Origin: an uncultured Candidatus Saccharibacteria bacterium
GTDB taxonomy: Bacteria; Patescibacteriota; Minisyncoccia; Phycocordibacterales; Zambryskibacteraceae
Direction: 5' to 3'
Assembly: GCA_964516975.1 (NCBI GenBank)
Contig: CAZFAS010000002.1
Coordinates: 4,818 to 68,817, forward strand
Length of the DNA stretch: 64,000 bases
In this document: positions 9,248-17,844 of the stretch, piece by piece
Layout: each line of letters opens with the position of its first letter
Numbering within the stretch: position 1 is the first letter of the stretch
Notes under the pieces: generated by a model
What the model was told of the DNA's origin: nothing
Seen by the model: only the letters and a program-made list of their open reading frames with translations
Databases searched by the model: none
Position numbers and translations under genes: made by a program

Positions 9248-9297
9248 GCGGGGTCGCGACCGAATATGAGAGTTGTGACCGATTCTCCCATCCCGCA
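9248..9297 (+). pseudogene. Truncated tRNA-Gly-like minihelix (acceptor stem + T-arm 3' half, 50 nt)
   Basis: GCGGGGT...CGATTCTCCCATCCCGCA pairs as an acceptor stem. The last 21 nt (9280-9300) are an exact direct repeat of tRNA-Gly(TCC) positions 9166-9186. The D and anticodon arms are missing. Confidence 0.45.
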
Positions 9298-9613
9298 CAA
9301 TCGCTCCATCCCCACTAGATTCCAAGGTGTATGTACCTTTTAGGCCATTTACATGCGACGTGTATACTTTTGAATACTATGTCTTATAATGAAAAAGACT
9401 TCCTTGGATTAACACAAAGTTACTTTTCTGTACAAAAACTATATTGTTCGCAGTTATTGCACCATTTTTACGGAAAAAGTTAAGAAACTGTGGATAAAAC
9501 TGGGGAAAGTGTGTATTAAGGACAGTCCTTTACCTCTAAAATAGGTCTTTTCCTTTATATAATAGAGCTTTATGGCATATTAGTTTCACGTGAAACATAG
9601 TTACATATGAAAC

Positions 9614-9988
9614 ATGAAGTCTCAGAAGAGATCTTTCGGTGATAAAGGTGAGCAAATTGCGAAAATGTTTCTTATGAAACATGGTTTTACTATTGTCGAC
9701 ACAAATTTCCTTAAGCCGTGGGGAGAAATAGATATAATCGCTAGACTAGGAGGGAGATTACGGTTTTTCGAGGTTAAAACAGCGCATGTTACATATGAAA
9801 CAAACGATCGGCTGATGCCAGAGGAGAATATACATCCTGATAAGATAAAAAGATTATTACGAACGATAGATTCATATTTACTAGAAAATGACTTAGAAGA
9901 GGATTGGGAACTGGGCGCAATTATAGTTGAGATCGATGAGGCAGATAGTAGGGCTAAGGTAAGATATGTAGAATCAATTGTAGGGTAG
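9614..9988 (+). CDS. YraN/UPF0102-family predicted endonuclease
   Basis: 124 aa. 'GEIDIIARLGGRLRFFEVKTA' matches the UPF0102 signature (GE(I/L)DLI...FVEVK). Confidence 0.7.
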   Translation: MKSQKRSFGDKGEQIAKMFLMKHGFTIVDTNFLKPWGEIDIIARLGGRLRFFEVKTAHVTYETNDRLMPEENIHPDKIKRLLRTIDSYLLENDLEEDWELGAIIVEIDEADSRAKVRYVESIVG

Positions 9989-10044
9989 GAGAATGACTCG
10001 CAGTTTTTTATAACTCGTGATACTATTGCATAACTGTTTTATAT

Positions 10045-10117
10045 CGGGGCGTGGTGTAACGGCTAACATGCCTGTTTTGGGAACAGGTGACTCCGGGTTC
10101 GAATCCCGGCGCCCCGA
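10045..10117 (+). tRNA. tRNA-Pro (anticodon TGG)
   Basis: Acceptor CGGGGCG/CGCCCCG. Anticodon arm CCTGT-TTTGGGA-ACAGG gives UGG. T-arm CCGGG-TTCGAAT-CCCGG. Discriminator A, no CCA. Confidence 0.85.
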
Positions 10118-10121
10118 CAAA

Positions 10122-10925
10122 GTGATATCTGTATCTAGGTTTCAAAAAATTATCTGGGATAATTATGAAAAGTCTGGTAGGTCAATGCCCTGGAGAGGGG
10201 AAAGGGACCCGTATAAGGTACTTGTCTCTGAGGTTATGCTTCAGCAGACACAAGTTTTACGTGTAATCCCTAAGTACACTCAGTTTATTCAGAGATTCTC
10301 GACTATTAAAATTTTAGCTAATGCGAGTCTCGGAGATGTGCTAAAAATATGGAGTGGATTAGGGTATAACAGGAGAGCGAGATTTCTGCATCAATTAGCA
10401 AAGAAAGTTGAACAGGAATATAAAGGGAAAATTCCTTGCGAAGCAAGGATATTGGAAACTTTGCCTGGGTTAGGGAAAGCGACCGCTGGTTCAGTGTCAA
10501 CATTTGCTTACAATATTCCAAATATATTCATCGAAACCAATATCAGAAGAGTTTTTATTCATTTTTATTTCCCAAATAGTGAAAAAGTGTCCGATAAAGA
10601 TATTTTGCCCTTTATCAGTAAAACTCTCGATAGAGAGTATCCGAGAGAGTGGTATTACGCACTCATGGATTATGGTGCGCAGTTAAAAACCCAAGAGAAT
10701 CCTAATCGAAGGAGTAAGCATTATGCTAGGCAATCAGTATTCAAGGGATCTAATAGGGAAGTAAGGGGCGCGATATTGAAAAATATGAGTACAAAGAAGA
10801 TTGCAGTTTCCTCGTTAAGAAAGAGAGTTGGCTTCGATGAGATGAGGTTTGCACATGCCCTTCAAAGTTTGATTGATGAAGGTTTTATTACTAAAGTAGG
10901 GAATACAGTACAATATTCACAATAA
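10122..10925 (+). CDS. MutY-like HhH-GPD DNA glycosylase lacking Fe-S cluster cysteines
   Basis: The ORF-track call (10017) overlaps tRNA-Pro. The conserved N-terminus 'WRGERDPYKVLVSEVMLQQTQV...WSGLGYNRRARFLHQLA' begins after the tRNA, with a GTG at 10122 and an ATG at 10185. The C-terminus has no C-x6-C-x2-C-x5-C motif. Confidence 0.75.
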   Translation: MISVSRFQKIIWDNYEKSGRSMPWRGERDPYKVLVSEVMLQQTQVLRVIPKYTQFIQRFSTIKILANASLGDVLKIWSGLGYNRRARFLHQLAKKVEQEYKGKIPCEARILETLPGLGKATAGSVSTFAYNIPNIFIETNIRRVFIHFYFPNSEKVSDKDILPFISKTLDREYPREWYYALMDYGAQLKTQENPNRRSKHYARQSVFKGSNREVRGAILKNMSTKKIAVSSLRKRVGFDEMRFAHALQSLIDEGFITKVGNTVQYSQ

Positions 10926-11245
10926 TGGCATTTAAAAGAACAAAAGAAGATTTCGTCTGTGAACATTGTGGTGCATCCATGAAAGGAAATGGCTTTACTG
11001 ATCACTGCAGTCAGTGTTTGTGGAGTAAGCATGTCGATGTGGACCCCGGAGATCGCGCATCTTCATGTGGGGGGCTTATGGAGCCAGTTGATACAGAAAC
11101 AAAAAAAGGAGAGTTCCGAGTGCTTCAGAAATGTAACATATGTGGGTTTTCGAGGTGGAGCCCGATCGTCTCTGAGGATTCTATGAGTGAGTATATAGTA
11201 GTTACACAGAGAGCTGCAGAACGTAAGAGTAAATTATTGCGGTAG
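10925..11245 (+). CDS. Small Cys-rich zinc-ribbon protein (hypothetical)
   Basis: 106 aa. CxxC...HCxxC...CxxC arrangement. Start overlaps the upstream stop (TAATG). Confidence 0.5.
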   Translation: MAFKRTKEDFVCEHCGASMKGNGFTDHCSQCLWSKHVDVDPGDRASSCGGLMEPVDTETKKGEFRVLQKCNICGFSRWSPIVSEDSMSEYIVVTQRAAERKSKLLR

Positions 11246-11274
11246 AAATATTTTTTTGTTAGACTGACCCCACT

Positions 11275-11345
11275 GCGGCTATGGTTTAGTGGTAGAACAC
11301 CTCCTTGCCAAGGAGGAGACGCGAGTTCGATTCTCGCTAGCCGCA
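11275..11345 (+). tRNA. tRNA-Gly (anticodon GCC)
   Basis: Acceptor GCGGCTA/TAGCCGC. D-arm GTTT-AGTGGTA-GAAC. Anticodon arm CCTCC-TTGCCAA-GGAGG gives GCC. T-arm GCGAG-TTCGATT-CTCGC. Discriminator A. Confidence 0.9.
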
Positions 11346-11346
11346 C

Positions 11347-11394
11347 TATATAAAATAAAAATCGTACTGTAATAGTGCGATTTTATTTTATATA
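11347..11394 (+). terminator. AT-rich hairpin directly after tRNA-Gly(GCC)
   Basis: tatataaaataaaaatcg-(13-nt loop)-cgattttattttatata. Confidence 0.45.
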
Positions 11395-11506
11395 GTGCAA
11401 GCTAAGAAAGTGTGGGGCACTTTCGTGCGAGAATCGAAACCTCTTTGAGCATACTTTTGAGTTTAACGAAAAAGTATCCAAAGAGGGGACTGCTCCTGTA
11501 AGGAGA

Positions 11507-11523
11507 GATTCTCGCTAGCCACA
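11507..11523 (+). repeat. Partial direct copy of the tRNA-Gly(GCC) 3' end
   Basis: 'gattctcgctagcc' (14/14) followed by 'aca', versus the tRNA 3' end 'gattctcgctagccgca' at 11329-11345. Confidence 0.5.
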
Positions 11524-11581
11524 TACTCAATGCTGCTGAAATAAAATTTCAAAGATATATTTGATTGATACAGTATGAGAT

Positions 11582-11857
11582 TTATTTTACTGCATCTTTA
11601 AGAGCTTTTGCTGCTCGGAATTTTGGCACTCTCATTGATGGGACTTGAATGGTTTCGCCAGTTCGAGGGTTTCGTGCTTGTCTTGATGCTCGTAATTTTG
11701 TCGAGAATATTCCAAGACCAGCAATTGAAACTTCGCCACCTTTCTTTAGAGTGCTCACAATGGTTTCAATCATTGTTTCTACTGCTTGTTCAGCTTGAAC
11801 TTTCGTTCCGCCAATTTTTGCATGTACTGCCTCTACGATTGATGCTTTATTATTCAT
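11582..11857 (-). CDS. hup: HU-family nucleoid DNA-binding protein
   Basis: 91 aa. 'MNNKASIVEAV...GEVSIAGLGIFSTKLRASRQARNPRTGETIQVPSMRVPKFRAAKALKDAV' is the HU/IHF fold. Confidence 0.85.
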   Translation of the reverse strand: MNNKASIVEAVHAKIGGTKVQAEQAVETMIETIVSTLKKGGEVSIAGLGIFSTKLRASRQARNPRTGETIQVPSMRVPKFRAAKALKDAVK

Positions 11858-12001
11858 AAAATATTATTGCCCTAATTTAATAATCGAAGCGTCGACAGTT
11901 TTACTGACACAACGACTGTCAGTAGTCGTACAATAATTATATAGTAGGCCACTTTTTGCGCAATAGCGCAAAAAAGACCATTAATTAGGACATATTTTAG
12001 A

Positions 12002-13531
12002 CTAGCGTGCAAATTCTATTACTCGGGACTCTCTTATAACAGTAATCTTTATTTCTCCTGGATACTTGAGTTCTTGTTCTACTCGATTTGCGATATCACG
12101 TGCAAGTTTTTTTGATTCTAGGTCGGTGATTTCTCCTGGGGTTACAAAGACTCGCACCTCTCTTCCAGCTTGAAGAGCGTATGTTTTTTCAACCCCTTTG
12201 AAATCGTTCGCAATAGATTCTAGCTCTTTGAGTCTCTTCAAATAATTTTCAACAGTATCACGTCTAGCTCCCGGTCTGCCACCTGATATAGCATCAGCAG
12301 TTTGTACAATGATAGATTCGATCGTCTCGTATGGGTATTCACCATGATGTGCTTGCATTGCTTTTATTATTTCTTCACTTGCACCGAATTTTTGGAGTAT
12401 GCGTCTGCCGATTTCAACGTGGGTGCCGACAACTTCATGGTCAACAGCTTTCCCTATATCATGAAGAAGTGCTCCTGCTTTTGCTACAGAAACATTTGCA
12501 CCGAGCTCTTCTGCGAGCATGCGTGCAATATGTGCCATTTCGATTGAATGTTGAAGTACGTTTTGACCATAACTCGTTCTAAAGTGAAGTCTTCCGAGTA
12601 TTGCGATGATTCTTGGATCTAGATTGTACACTCCACATTCGTATACCGCCTGTTCACCTTTCTCTTTTATAATTTTATTTATTTCTTGTTTTGCTTTCTC
12701 CACCGCCTCCTCAATCTTTGCAGGTTGGATTCTTCCATCTTGAATTAGGTTCTCGAGTGCAACGCGAGCAACTTGTCTTCGTACTGGATCAAAGGAAGAG
12801 AGGGTAATTGATCCCGGTGTGTCATCTACGATAACTTCGACGCCAGTTGCACGTTCGAATGCTTTGATATTTCTTCCTTCTTTTCCAATGATTTTACCTT
12901 TCACTTCGTCTGATGGAATAGTGACAGTTGTCGTCATGATGTCAGAAGGTACGGCAGCTGCAAGGCGTTGAATTGTAGTTGCGAGAATTTCTTTTGCTTT
13001 TTCTTCTATTTTTTCACCTGCAATCATTTCAAACTTCTGAATCTTTGCAAGGGTATCTTCCTCGGATTGTTTTTCAATGATATGAAGAAGTTCAGCTTTT
13101 GCCTCTTCCTTGTTCATACCGGCAACTTTTTGAAGTGCCGCTTCTCTTTCTTGGGAAAGGGATTCGGCTTTTTCCTTAATATTTTTTATCTCAACAATTT
13201 TTTCTTTAATATTTTCGACTTCTTTGTCGATATCGAGCTGTCGCTTATCAAGAAAATCCTCTTTTTTTATGAGGCGTTCTTCTGTCTTTTGGATTTTTTC
13301 TTCTCGTTCTTTTATCTCAGCACGTGACTCCTTTTGGATTTCGTCAGCTTTCGTTTGTGCATCACTCACTATCTTCTTGGCATCCTCCTCAGCTTTGAGG
13401 AGCTTCTCTTTGATGTCGAGTTCCATTGAGCCTTTCTTGCCCAATGAGATGATCCATCTCAGGAAATATCCGAAAGCGATACCGGCAGACGCTGCGATCG
13501 TCAGGAGCAGTAACACTATTTTTAATGACAT
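12002..13531 (-). CDS. rny: Ribonuclease Y
   Basis: 509 aa. N-terminal TM helix, long coiled coil, KH domain ('GKIIGKEGRNIKAFE') and HD domain ('LLHDIGKA'). Confidence 0.9.
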   Translation of the reverse strand: MSLKIVLLLLTIAASAGIAFGYFLRWIISLGKKGSMELDIKEKLLKAEEDAKKIVSDAQTKADEIQKESRAEIKEREEKIQKTEERLIKKEDFLDKRQLDIDKEVENIKEKIVEIKNIKEKAESLSQEREAALQKVAGMNKEEAKAELLHIIEKQSEEDTLAKIQKFEMIAGEKIEEKAKEILATTIQRLAAAVPSDIMTTTVTIPSDEVKGKIIGKEGRNIKAFERATGVEVIVDDTPGSITLSSFDPVRRQVARVALENLIQDGRIQPAKIEEAVEKAKQEINKIIKEKGEQAVYECGVYNLDPRIIAILGRLHFRTSYGQNVLQHSIEMAHIARMLAEELGANVSVAKAGALLHDIGKAVDHEVVGTHVEIGRRILQKFGASEEIIKAMQAHHGEYPYETIESIIVQTADAISGGRPGARRDTVENYLKRLKELESIANDFKGVEKTYALQAGREVRVFVTPGEITDLESKKLARDIANRVEQELKYPGEIKITVIRESRVIEFAR

Positions 13532-13790
13532 ATATGTGCGAAATACCTCGCTCTCTCTTTCTCGAAAATCTAGGTTTTAGTAACGATCATGGATGAACAT
13601 GCAATGGATTTACGGATTCTGTGTGTCTGACGTGGGTAGGAAGTTCTGGAAAGAAAAACAAAGGTTTCAATTAAAACTTTTAAAGGTAACATTCATAATC
13701 TATAAGAATTTTATTAAGGTGTCAAATATTGATTACTCTAGATTTAATTATATAGTAAGAGTGGATAGTAAATTTAAATTGGGAGGATTT

Positions 13791-14015
13791 ATGCGTAATC
13801 TAGATGAAGTGAGAAGTGCTAAGGAGGAATTGAAGATACGGCTTAAGGATCTCCCTAATTGTGCTGTGGGGATGGTCGGCAATGCAAAAGATGGTTATGC
13901 CCTGTATGTTCGGTTAGAGGAAGTAGTGCCAGAGGGAAATATACCAAAAGAGTTTTGTGGTTTCTCAGTGAAAATAAGTGTTGTGGGGCAAGCTAGGAAG
14001 CGCCGAAAGAGATAA
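13791..14015 (+). CDS. Small hypothetical protein (74 aa)
   Basis: ATG at 13791 is preceded by GGGAGGA. The longer tool ORF starting at 13593 has no RBS and is probably an upstream read-in. A terminator follows the gene. Confidence 0.4.
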   Translation: MRNLDEVRSAKEELKIRLKDLPNCAVGMVGNAKDGYALYVRLEEVVPEGNIPKEFCGFSVKISVVGQARKRRKR

Positions 14016-14022
14016 AAAACGA

Positions 14023-14048
14023 TAAACGACGGAGATTCCGTCGTTTTC
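14023..14048. terminator. Bidirectional terminator hairpin
   Basis: The sequence aacgacgg-agatt-ccgtcgttttctttt lies between convergent gene ends. Confidence 0.5.
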
Positions 14049-14050
14049 TT

Positions 14051-14683
14051 TTAATTTTTAGACTTCATGATTTTGTCGACGATTCCGTATTTCACTGATT
14101 CGTCAGCGTTCATAAAGAAGTCACGATCGACGTCCTTTTCTATCTTTGTGAGTGGTTGGCCTGTATTTTTTGCAAGCATTTTGTTGAGGACTTCTCTGTT
14201 TTTTATGATTCTTCGTGCGCTGATCTCGATATCGCTTGCTTGACCTTCCACACCACCGAGAGGCTGATGAATCATAACTTCAGCATTTGGGAGCACGAAA
14301 CGCTTACCTTTTTCTCCTGCAGAAAGGATAACAGCTCCCATCGATGCCGCCATCCCAACACAGATAGTAGAGACATTTGGTTTCACGTGGTTCATTGTAT
14401 CAATGATGGCGAGTCCTGCGGTGATCATCCCCCCTGGAGAGTTGATGTAGAGATAGATATCCTTCTTCGGATCCTGTGACTCAAGGAAAAGAAGCTGGGC
14501 AACAATAAGGTTAGCCACATTTTCGTCTATTGGGCCACCTAAAAAGACAATACGATCATTGAGTAATCGTGAGTAAATATCATATGCTCTCTCGCCAAAC
14601 TGTGATTTCTCTATAACTGTTGGTATTAACATAATTGAATTTTTATTATGTGAGTATACTACATGAAGAACTTTTTTTTGCAA
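14051..14683 (-). CDS. clpP: ATP-dependent Clp protease proteolytic subunit
   Basis: 210 aa. '[10 protein letters not shown]', '[11 protein letters not shown]' (catalytic Ser) and 'MIHQP' (His) are canonical. Confidence 0.9.
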   Translation of the reverse strand: MQKKVLHVVYSHNKNSIMLIPTVIEKSQFGERAYDIYSRLLNDRIVFLGGPIDENVANLIVAQLLFLESQDPKKDIYLYINSPGGMITAGLAIIDTMNHVKPNVSTICVGMAASMGAVILSAGEKGKRFVLPNAEVMIHQPLGGVEGQASDIEISARRIIKNREVLNKMLAKNTGQPLTKIEKDVDRDFFMNADESVKYGIVDKIMKSKN

Positions 14684-14721
14684 AATCTTGCCTGATTTCT
14701 CGTGCAGTATATAGTTACACT

Positions 14722-15417
14722 ATGAGATTACATCGTTTTTTTGTTTCGGATACGATTGGTTCTAAGAAAGAAATCACTGTGCGTGATTCTGCTCTGGCTC
14801 ATCAACTTAAGAACGTTTTTCGTTTCACTGTAGGAGGACAGGTTATTCTTTTTGATAATACTGGGTATGAGTACCATGCACTCATTGGTAAGCTTGGTCA
14901 CAGTGACATAGTTTTTTCCATTGCTTCTAAGAGGATGAGTAAAACAGTACCAGATAGAGAACTCTTTCTTTTCTTTTCAATAGTAAAAAAAGATAATTCT
15001 GAATTTATATTACAAAAGGGAACAGAAGTGGGAGTTAGTCACTTTGTGCCGATACTTTCTGATAGAAGTGAGAAGAAAGGATTTAATCTTGAACGAGCGC
15101 AAAAGATAGTAAGGGAAGCTGCTGAGCAATCCGGCAGGGCAGTCATACCAACAGTTGGAGAGATTGTTTCGTTTGATGAAGCTATTGCACAAGAGTTCCC
15201 ATGCTTTGCTTTCGATAGTAAGGGTGATGTATTTACACCAGAACATGCACAAAAGCATTCACCACTTGGTGTATTTATCGGCCCTGAAGGTGGTTGGGCG
15301 GAGAGAGAAATTTTTCTTTTTAAGAAACAAGGAGTAAAAGTTTACTCACTTGGAAGTGCCACACTTCGAGCGGAAACAGCTGCGATTGTCGCATCGAGTT
15401 TGATTCTCCTAGGGTAA
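14722..15417 (+). CDS. rsmE: 16S rRNA m3U1498 methyltransferase RsmE family
   Basis: Conserved start 'MRLHRFF' at 14722, PUA-like N-terminus, and SPOUT C-terminus 'GPEGGW...E' with 'LGSATLRAETAA'. Confidence 0.8.
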   Translation: MRLHRFFVSDTIGSKKEITVRDSALAHQLKNVFRFTVGGQVILFDNTGYEYHALIGKLGHSDIVFSIASKRMSKTVPDRELFLFFSIVKKDNSEFILQKGTEVGVSHFVPILSDRSEKKGFNLERAQKIVREAAEQSGRAVIPTVGEIVSFDEAIAQEFPCFAFDSKGDVFTPEHAQKHSPLGVFIGPEGGWAEREIFLFKKQGVKVYSLGSATLRAETAAIVASSLILLG

Positions 15418-16476
15418 TTAACCCTGACTTTCGAGGAAGGTAAATACTTTTTCATTGAGGAGCATGGTCGCGACATACATTTGTACGCGAAATGGGTCAG
15501 CATCCTTATGTACATCGAGGATTCTCTTTACTTCTTGTTCGAGTCTTTCTTTTTCTGGTGAAATTTTTTCTACTTCAGCGATTCTTCCTACGACAAGCTG
15601 AGCTTTCGCTTTCTTACTTGCAATCTCCTCCCATTCTTTCTTGATTTCTTCCTCAGTTTTCTTAGCTACTTTGAGGTATTCATCGAATTCCATGCCAGTT
15701 TGGGCAACATCATTTTTGAATTGTGCCATCATCTTTTCTAGTTCATTTTGAACCATGACATTCGGTATTTCTACTTCGACTTTGTCCATTATTGCTTCAA
15801 TGATTTCAATTCTTTTCTTTTCTTTTGCTCTACCGATTTTTTCTTGAGCAACATTATCACGAATTTTTAATCTAAAATCACTGACATCTGCGAAATCACC
15901 AAACTGTTTTACGAGTTCGTCAGTTAGTTCAGGTAGATCTTTCTCTTCAATTGGTCCATGAGTATGGTCAGATGATCCATCTTTATGCATTTGCATATGT
16001 GCATGGTGTTTTCGAATTTCCATGACCACATCATCAATATCTTTTTCTGTAACTTGCAGTTCATCAGGCTTTTGGAGAACCTCCTTTGCAAGTGCTTTGT
16101 ATTCAGGAAGTGAGAATTCTGGATAGAGTGTCGCAACAATTTTAAATTCGAGAGGGTTTCCGAGCGCGAGCTTTGTGATCGTGAGGTTTGGTGTGCCTAC
16201 TATGTCAAGGCCGGTCTCTTTGATGATCTCACCATAGAGTTCTTCTACAGCGTTGTTTGCCGCATCTTCTAAGATGGCTTTCTCTCCAACTTTTTGGATA
16301 ACGGTAGCTTCAGGAACTTTGCCTTTACGAAACCCTGGAAGCTCTGCGTTTTTTGTTATTTCTTTGATAACTTTCTCACGAGTTTGCGCGAGGAAATCGG
16401 CAGATATTTCACCAGTGATTTCCGCTTCAGATTTCGGAAGCTTTGTAACCTTTATGTTTGAGTATTGTTTTGTCAT
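15418..16476 (-). CDS. tig: Trigger factor
   Basis: N-terminal ribosome-binding domain 'GFRKGKVP' plus a C-terminal helical arm. Start is probably the internal Met (MTKQYSNIKV...). Adjacent to clpP, as is usual. Confidence 0.8.
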   Translation of the reverse strand: MTKQYSNIKVTKLPKSEAEITGEISADFLAQTREKVIKEITKNAELPGFRKGKVPEATVIQKVGEKAILEDAANNAVEELYGEIIKETGLDIVGTPNLTITKLALGNPLEFKIVATLYPEFSLPEYKALAKEVLQKPDELQVTEKDIDDVVMEIRKHHAHMQMHKDGSSDHTHGPIEEKDLPELTDELVKQFGDFADVSDFRLKIRDNVAQEKIGRAKEKKRIEIIEAIMDKVEVEIPNVMVQNELEKMMAQFKNDVAQTGMEFDEYLKVAKKTEEEIKKEWEEIASKKAKAQLVVGRIAEVEKISPEKERLEQEVKRILDVHKDADPFRVQMYVATMLLNEKVFTFLESQG

Positions 16477-16510
16477 AAGGTCACAGTCTATAGAAAACAT
16501 GAACTTGATG

Positions 16511-16535
16511 CAACTAAAAACACCCCGAAGGGTGT
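16511..16535 (-). terminator. Terminator hairpin
   Basis: aaaaacaccc-gaag-ggtgttttt. Confidence 0.5.
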
Positions 16536-16558
16536 TTTTAGAACATACGTCTTATTTC

Positions 16559-16924
16559 CTATTGTGTTGATGCCGCAGCTGCAGCACTGTTCACTTCGTT
16601 CCCTAAACCATTCAGATTTGTTGCTTTGAGGTCAGCCTCGATTGAGTTGAGATCATCTGCAGAACTCTGTTTTTGGAGTTCCTGAGTTGTCTGATCTACA
16701 GCTGGCTGCGTTTGTGTTTCAGTTTGTGTTGCTTGTGTTTGTTGGGTAGGTAAAGCAGTACTTGCTCTCTGTCCCCAGAAATATAAACCCCCGATAACAA
16801 TAACCGCAATGATGATTATGATTCCGATTGCAGGCCCAATTGGCTTTTCATGTGCTGGAGGCACCATAGAGTTTGCCTGCTGGTTCATTGGATTAACTGG
16901 TTGATTTTGATTTAGTGGATCCAT
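16559..16924 (-). CDS. Hypothetical small single-TM protein
   Basis: 121 aa. Q/N/P-rich N-terminus, a TM helix (IGIIIIIAVIVIGGLYFW), and a T/Q-rich tail. Confidence 0.45.
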   Translation of the reverse strand: MDPLNQNQPVNPMNQQANSMVPPAHEKPIGPAIGIIIIIAVIVIGGLYFWGQRASTALPTQQTQATQTETQTQPAVDQTTQELQKQSSADDLNSIEADLKATNLNGLGNEVNSAAAAASTQ

Positions 16925-16957
16925 AGTTATAAGAATATGTTATTAAATGAACAAAGG

Positions 16958-17719
16958 TTACGGCGTTGTTGTTGCGGTCGAAGTACCTGTTGTTGATGTA
17001 CCTATATTACTACCTGGATGATTTCCTTCCAACTCACCGATGTGCATACCTCGGATAAGTCCTATTGTTTTTGTAAGTAATTTTTGTGCATCCTCAAGTT
17101 CTCCTCTGATTTTCTTAACGAGAGCCTTCACTTGTTCAAATTCTGCTTTTGCTGGAGTTGTAGTTGCTGTTGATGATGAAACCGTGCTTGTAATAGCTTG
17201 TGTAGTGAGAGTAGGGAGGCTAGCAATATCTATTTTTGCTTGGGCAAGTTTTGCTCTTGCATCGGCTACATTTTTCTCCGCTTCAGTTGTATCTTTTCCA
17301 GCAGCTTTTATCTTCGTGATTCGTGAGCTGATTCGGTCTGCAAGCTTTGTGATTCTATCTACAGCAGCAGTAAACCTTTGACCCATGAGCTCAAACTCTC
17401 TACCCATTATTTTTTTAATCTCATCTTTTCTTTTCTCTCGGAGATCTTGAAGTTTTCCTTTTACTTCATCCTTTATTTCTTCTCTTTTTTCTTTTGCTTC
17501 AGTTCTGATTTCTTGCCTTTTTTCCTGAACTTGTGTTCGAACTTCTTTTCTGTCATCACGCAATTCTTTCCTTTCGTCTCGTAATTCCTTACGAATTTCT
17601 CCGGGTCTTGGGGGGTTCGCTGGTGTTGATGTGCCAGTCTCTGCATGAACAAGGGCAAGAGGCGATCCGAAAACAAGTGCCGCCATAACTGGTAATGTAA
17701 TAATGCTTTTTACTTTCAT
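16958..17719 (-). CDS. Secreted charged coiled-coil repeat protein (hypothetical)
   Basis: 253 aa. Signal peptide 'MKVKSIITLPVMAALVFGSPLALVHA', then 'RKELRDERKELRDDRKEVRTQVQEKRQEIRTEAKEKREEIK' repeats. Confidence 0.5.
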   Translation of the reverse strand: MKVKSIITLPVMAALVFGSPLALVHAETGTSTPANPPRPGEIRKELRDERKELRDDRKEVRTQVQEKRQEIRTEAKEKREEIKDEVKGKLQDLREKRKDEIKKIMGREFELMGQRFTAAVDRITKLADRISSRITKIKAAGKDTTEAEKNVADARAKLAQAKIDIASLPTLTTQAITSTVSSSTATTTPAKAEFEQVKALVKKIRGELEDAQKLLTKTIGLIRGMHIGELEGNHPGSNIGTSTTGTSTATTTP

Positions 17720-17791
17720 ATTTTGTGAATTAAATAATTAATCTACACACATCTAGTAAGACGGGCAGACGTTGTGTCTCTTACAGCATAT

Positions 17792-17825
17792 AAGTATAAC
17801 GAAAAATGCCACTGTCGTACAACAG
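17792..17825. terminator. Bidirectional terminator
   Basis: aaaaatgccactg-tcgtacaa-cagtggcattttt. Confidence 0.55.
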
Positions 17826-17844
17826 TGGCATTTTTCTAAGCATA

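Noticed and set aside
12968-13580. 119-aa and 118-aa + ORFs
   Set aside because: Antisense to rny. Poly-Phe/Ser translation typical of the reverse strand of a lysine/glutamate-rich gene.
14635-14721. N-terminal 29 codons of the tool's rsmE ORF
   Set aside because: They overlap the clpP start region. The conserved RsmE start 'MRLHRFF' is at 14722.
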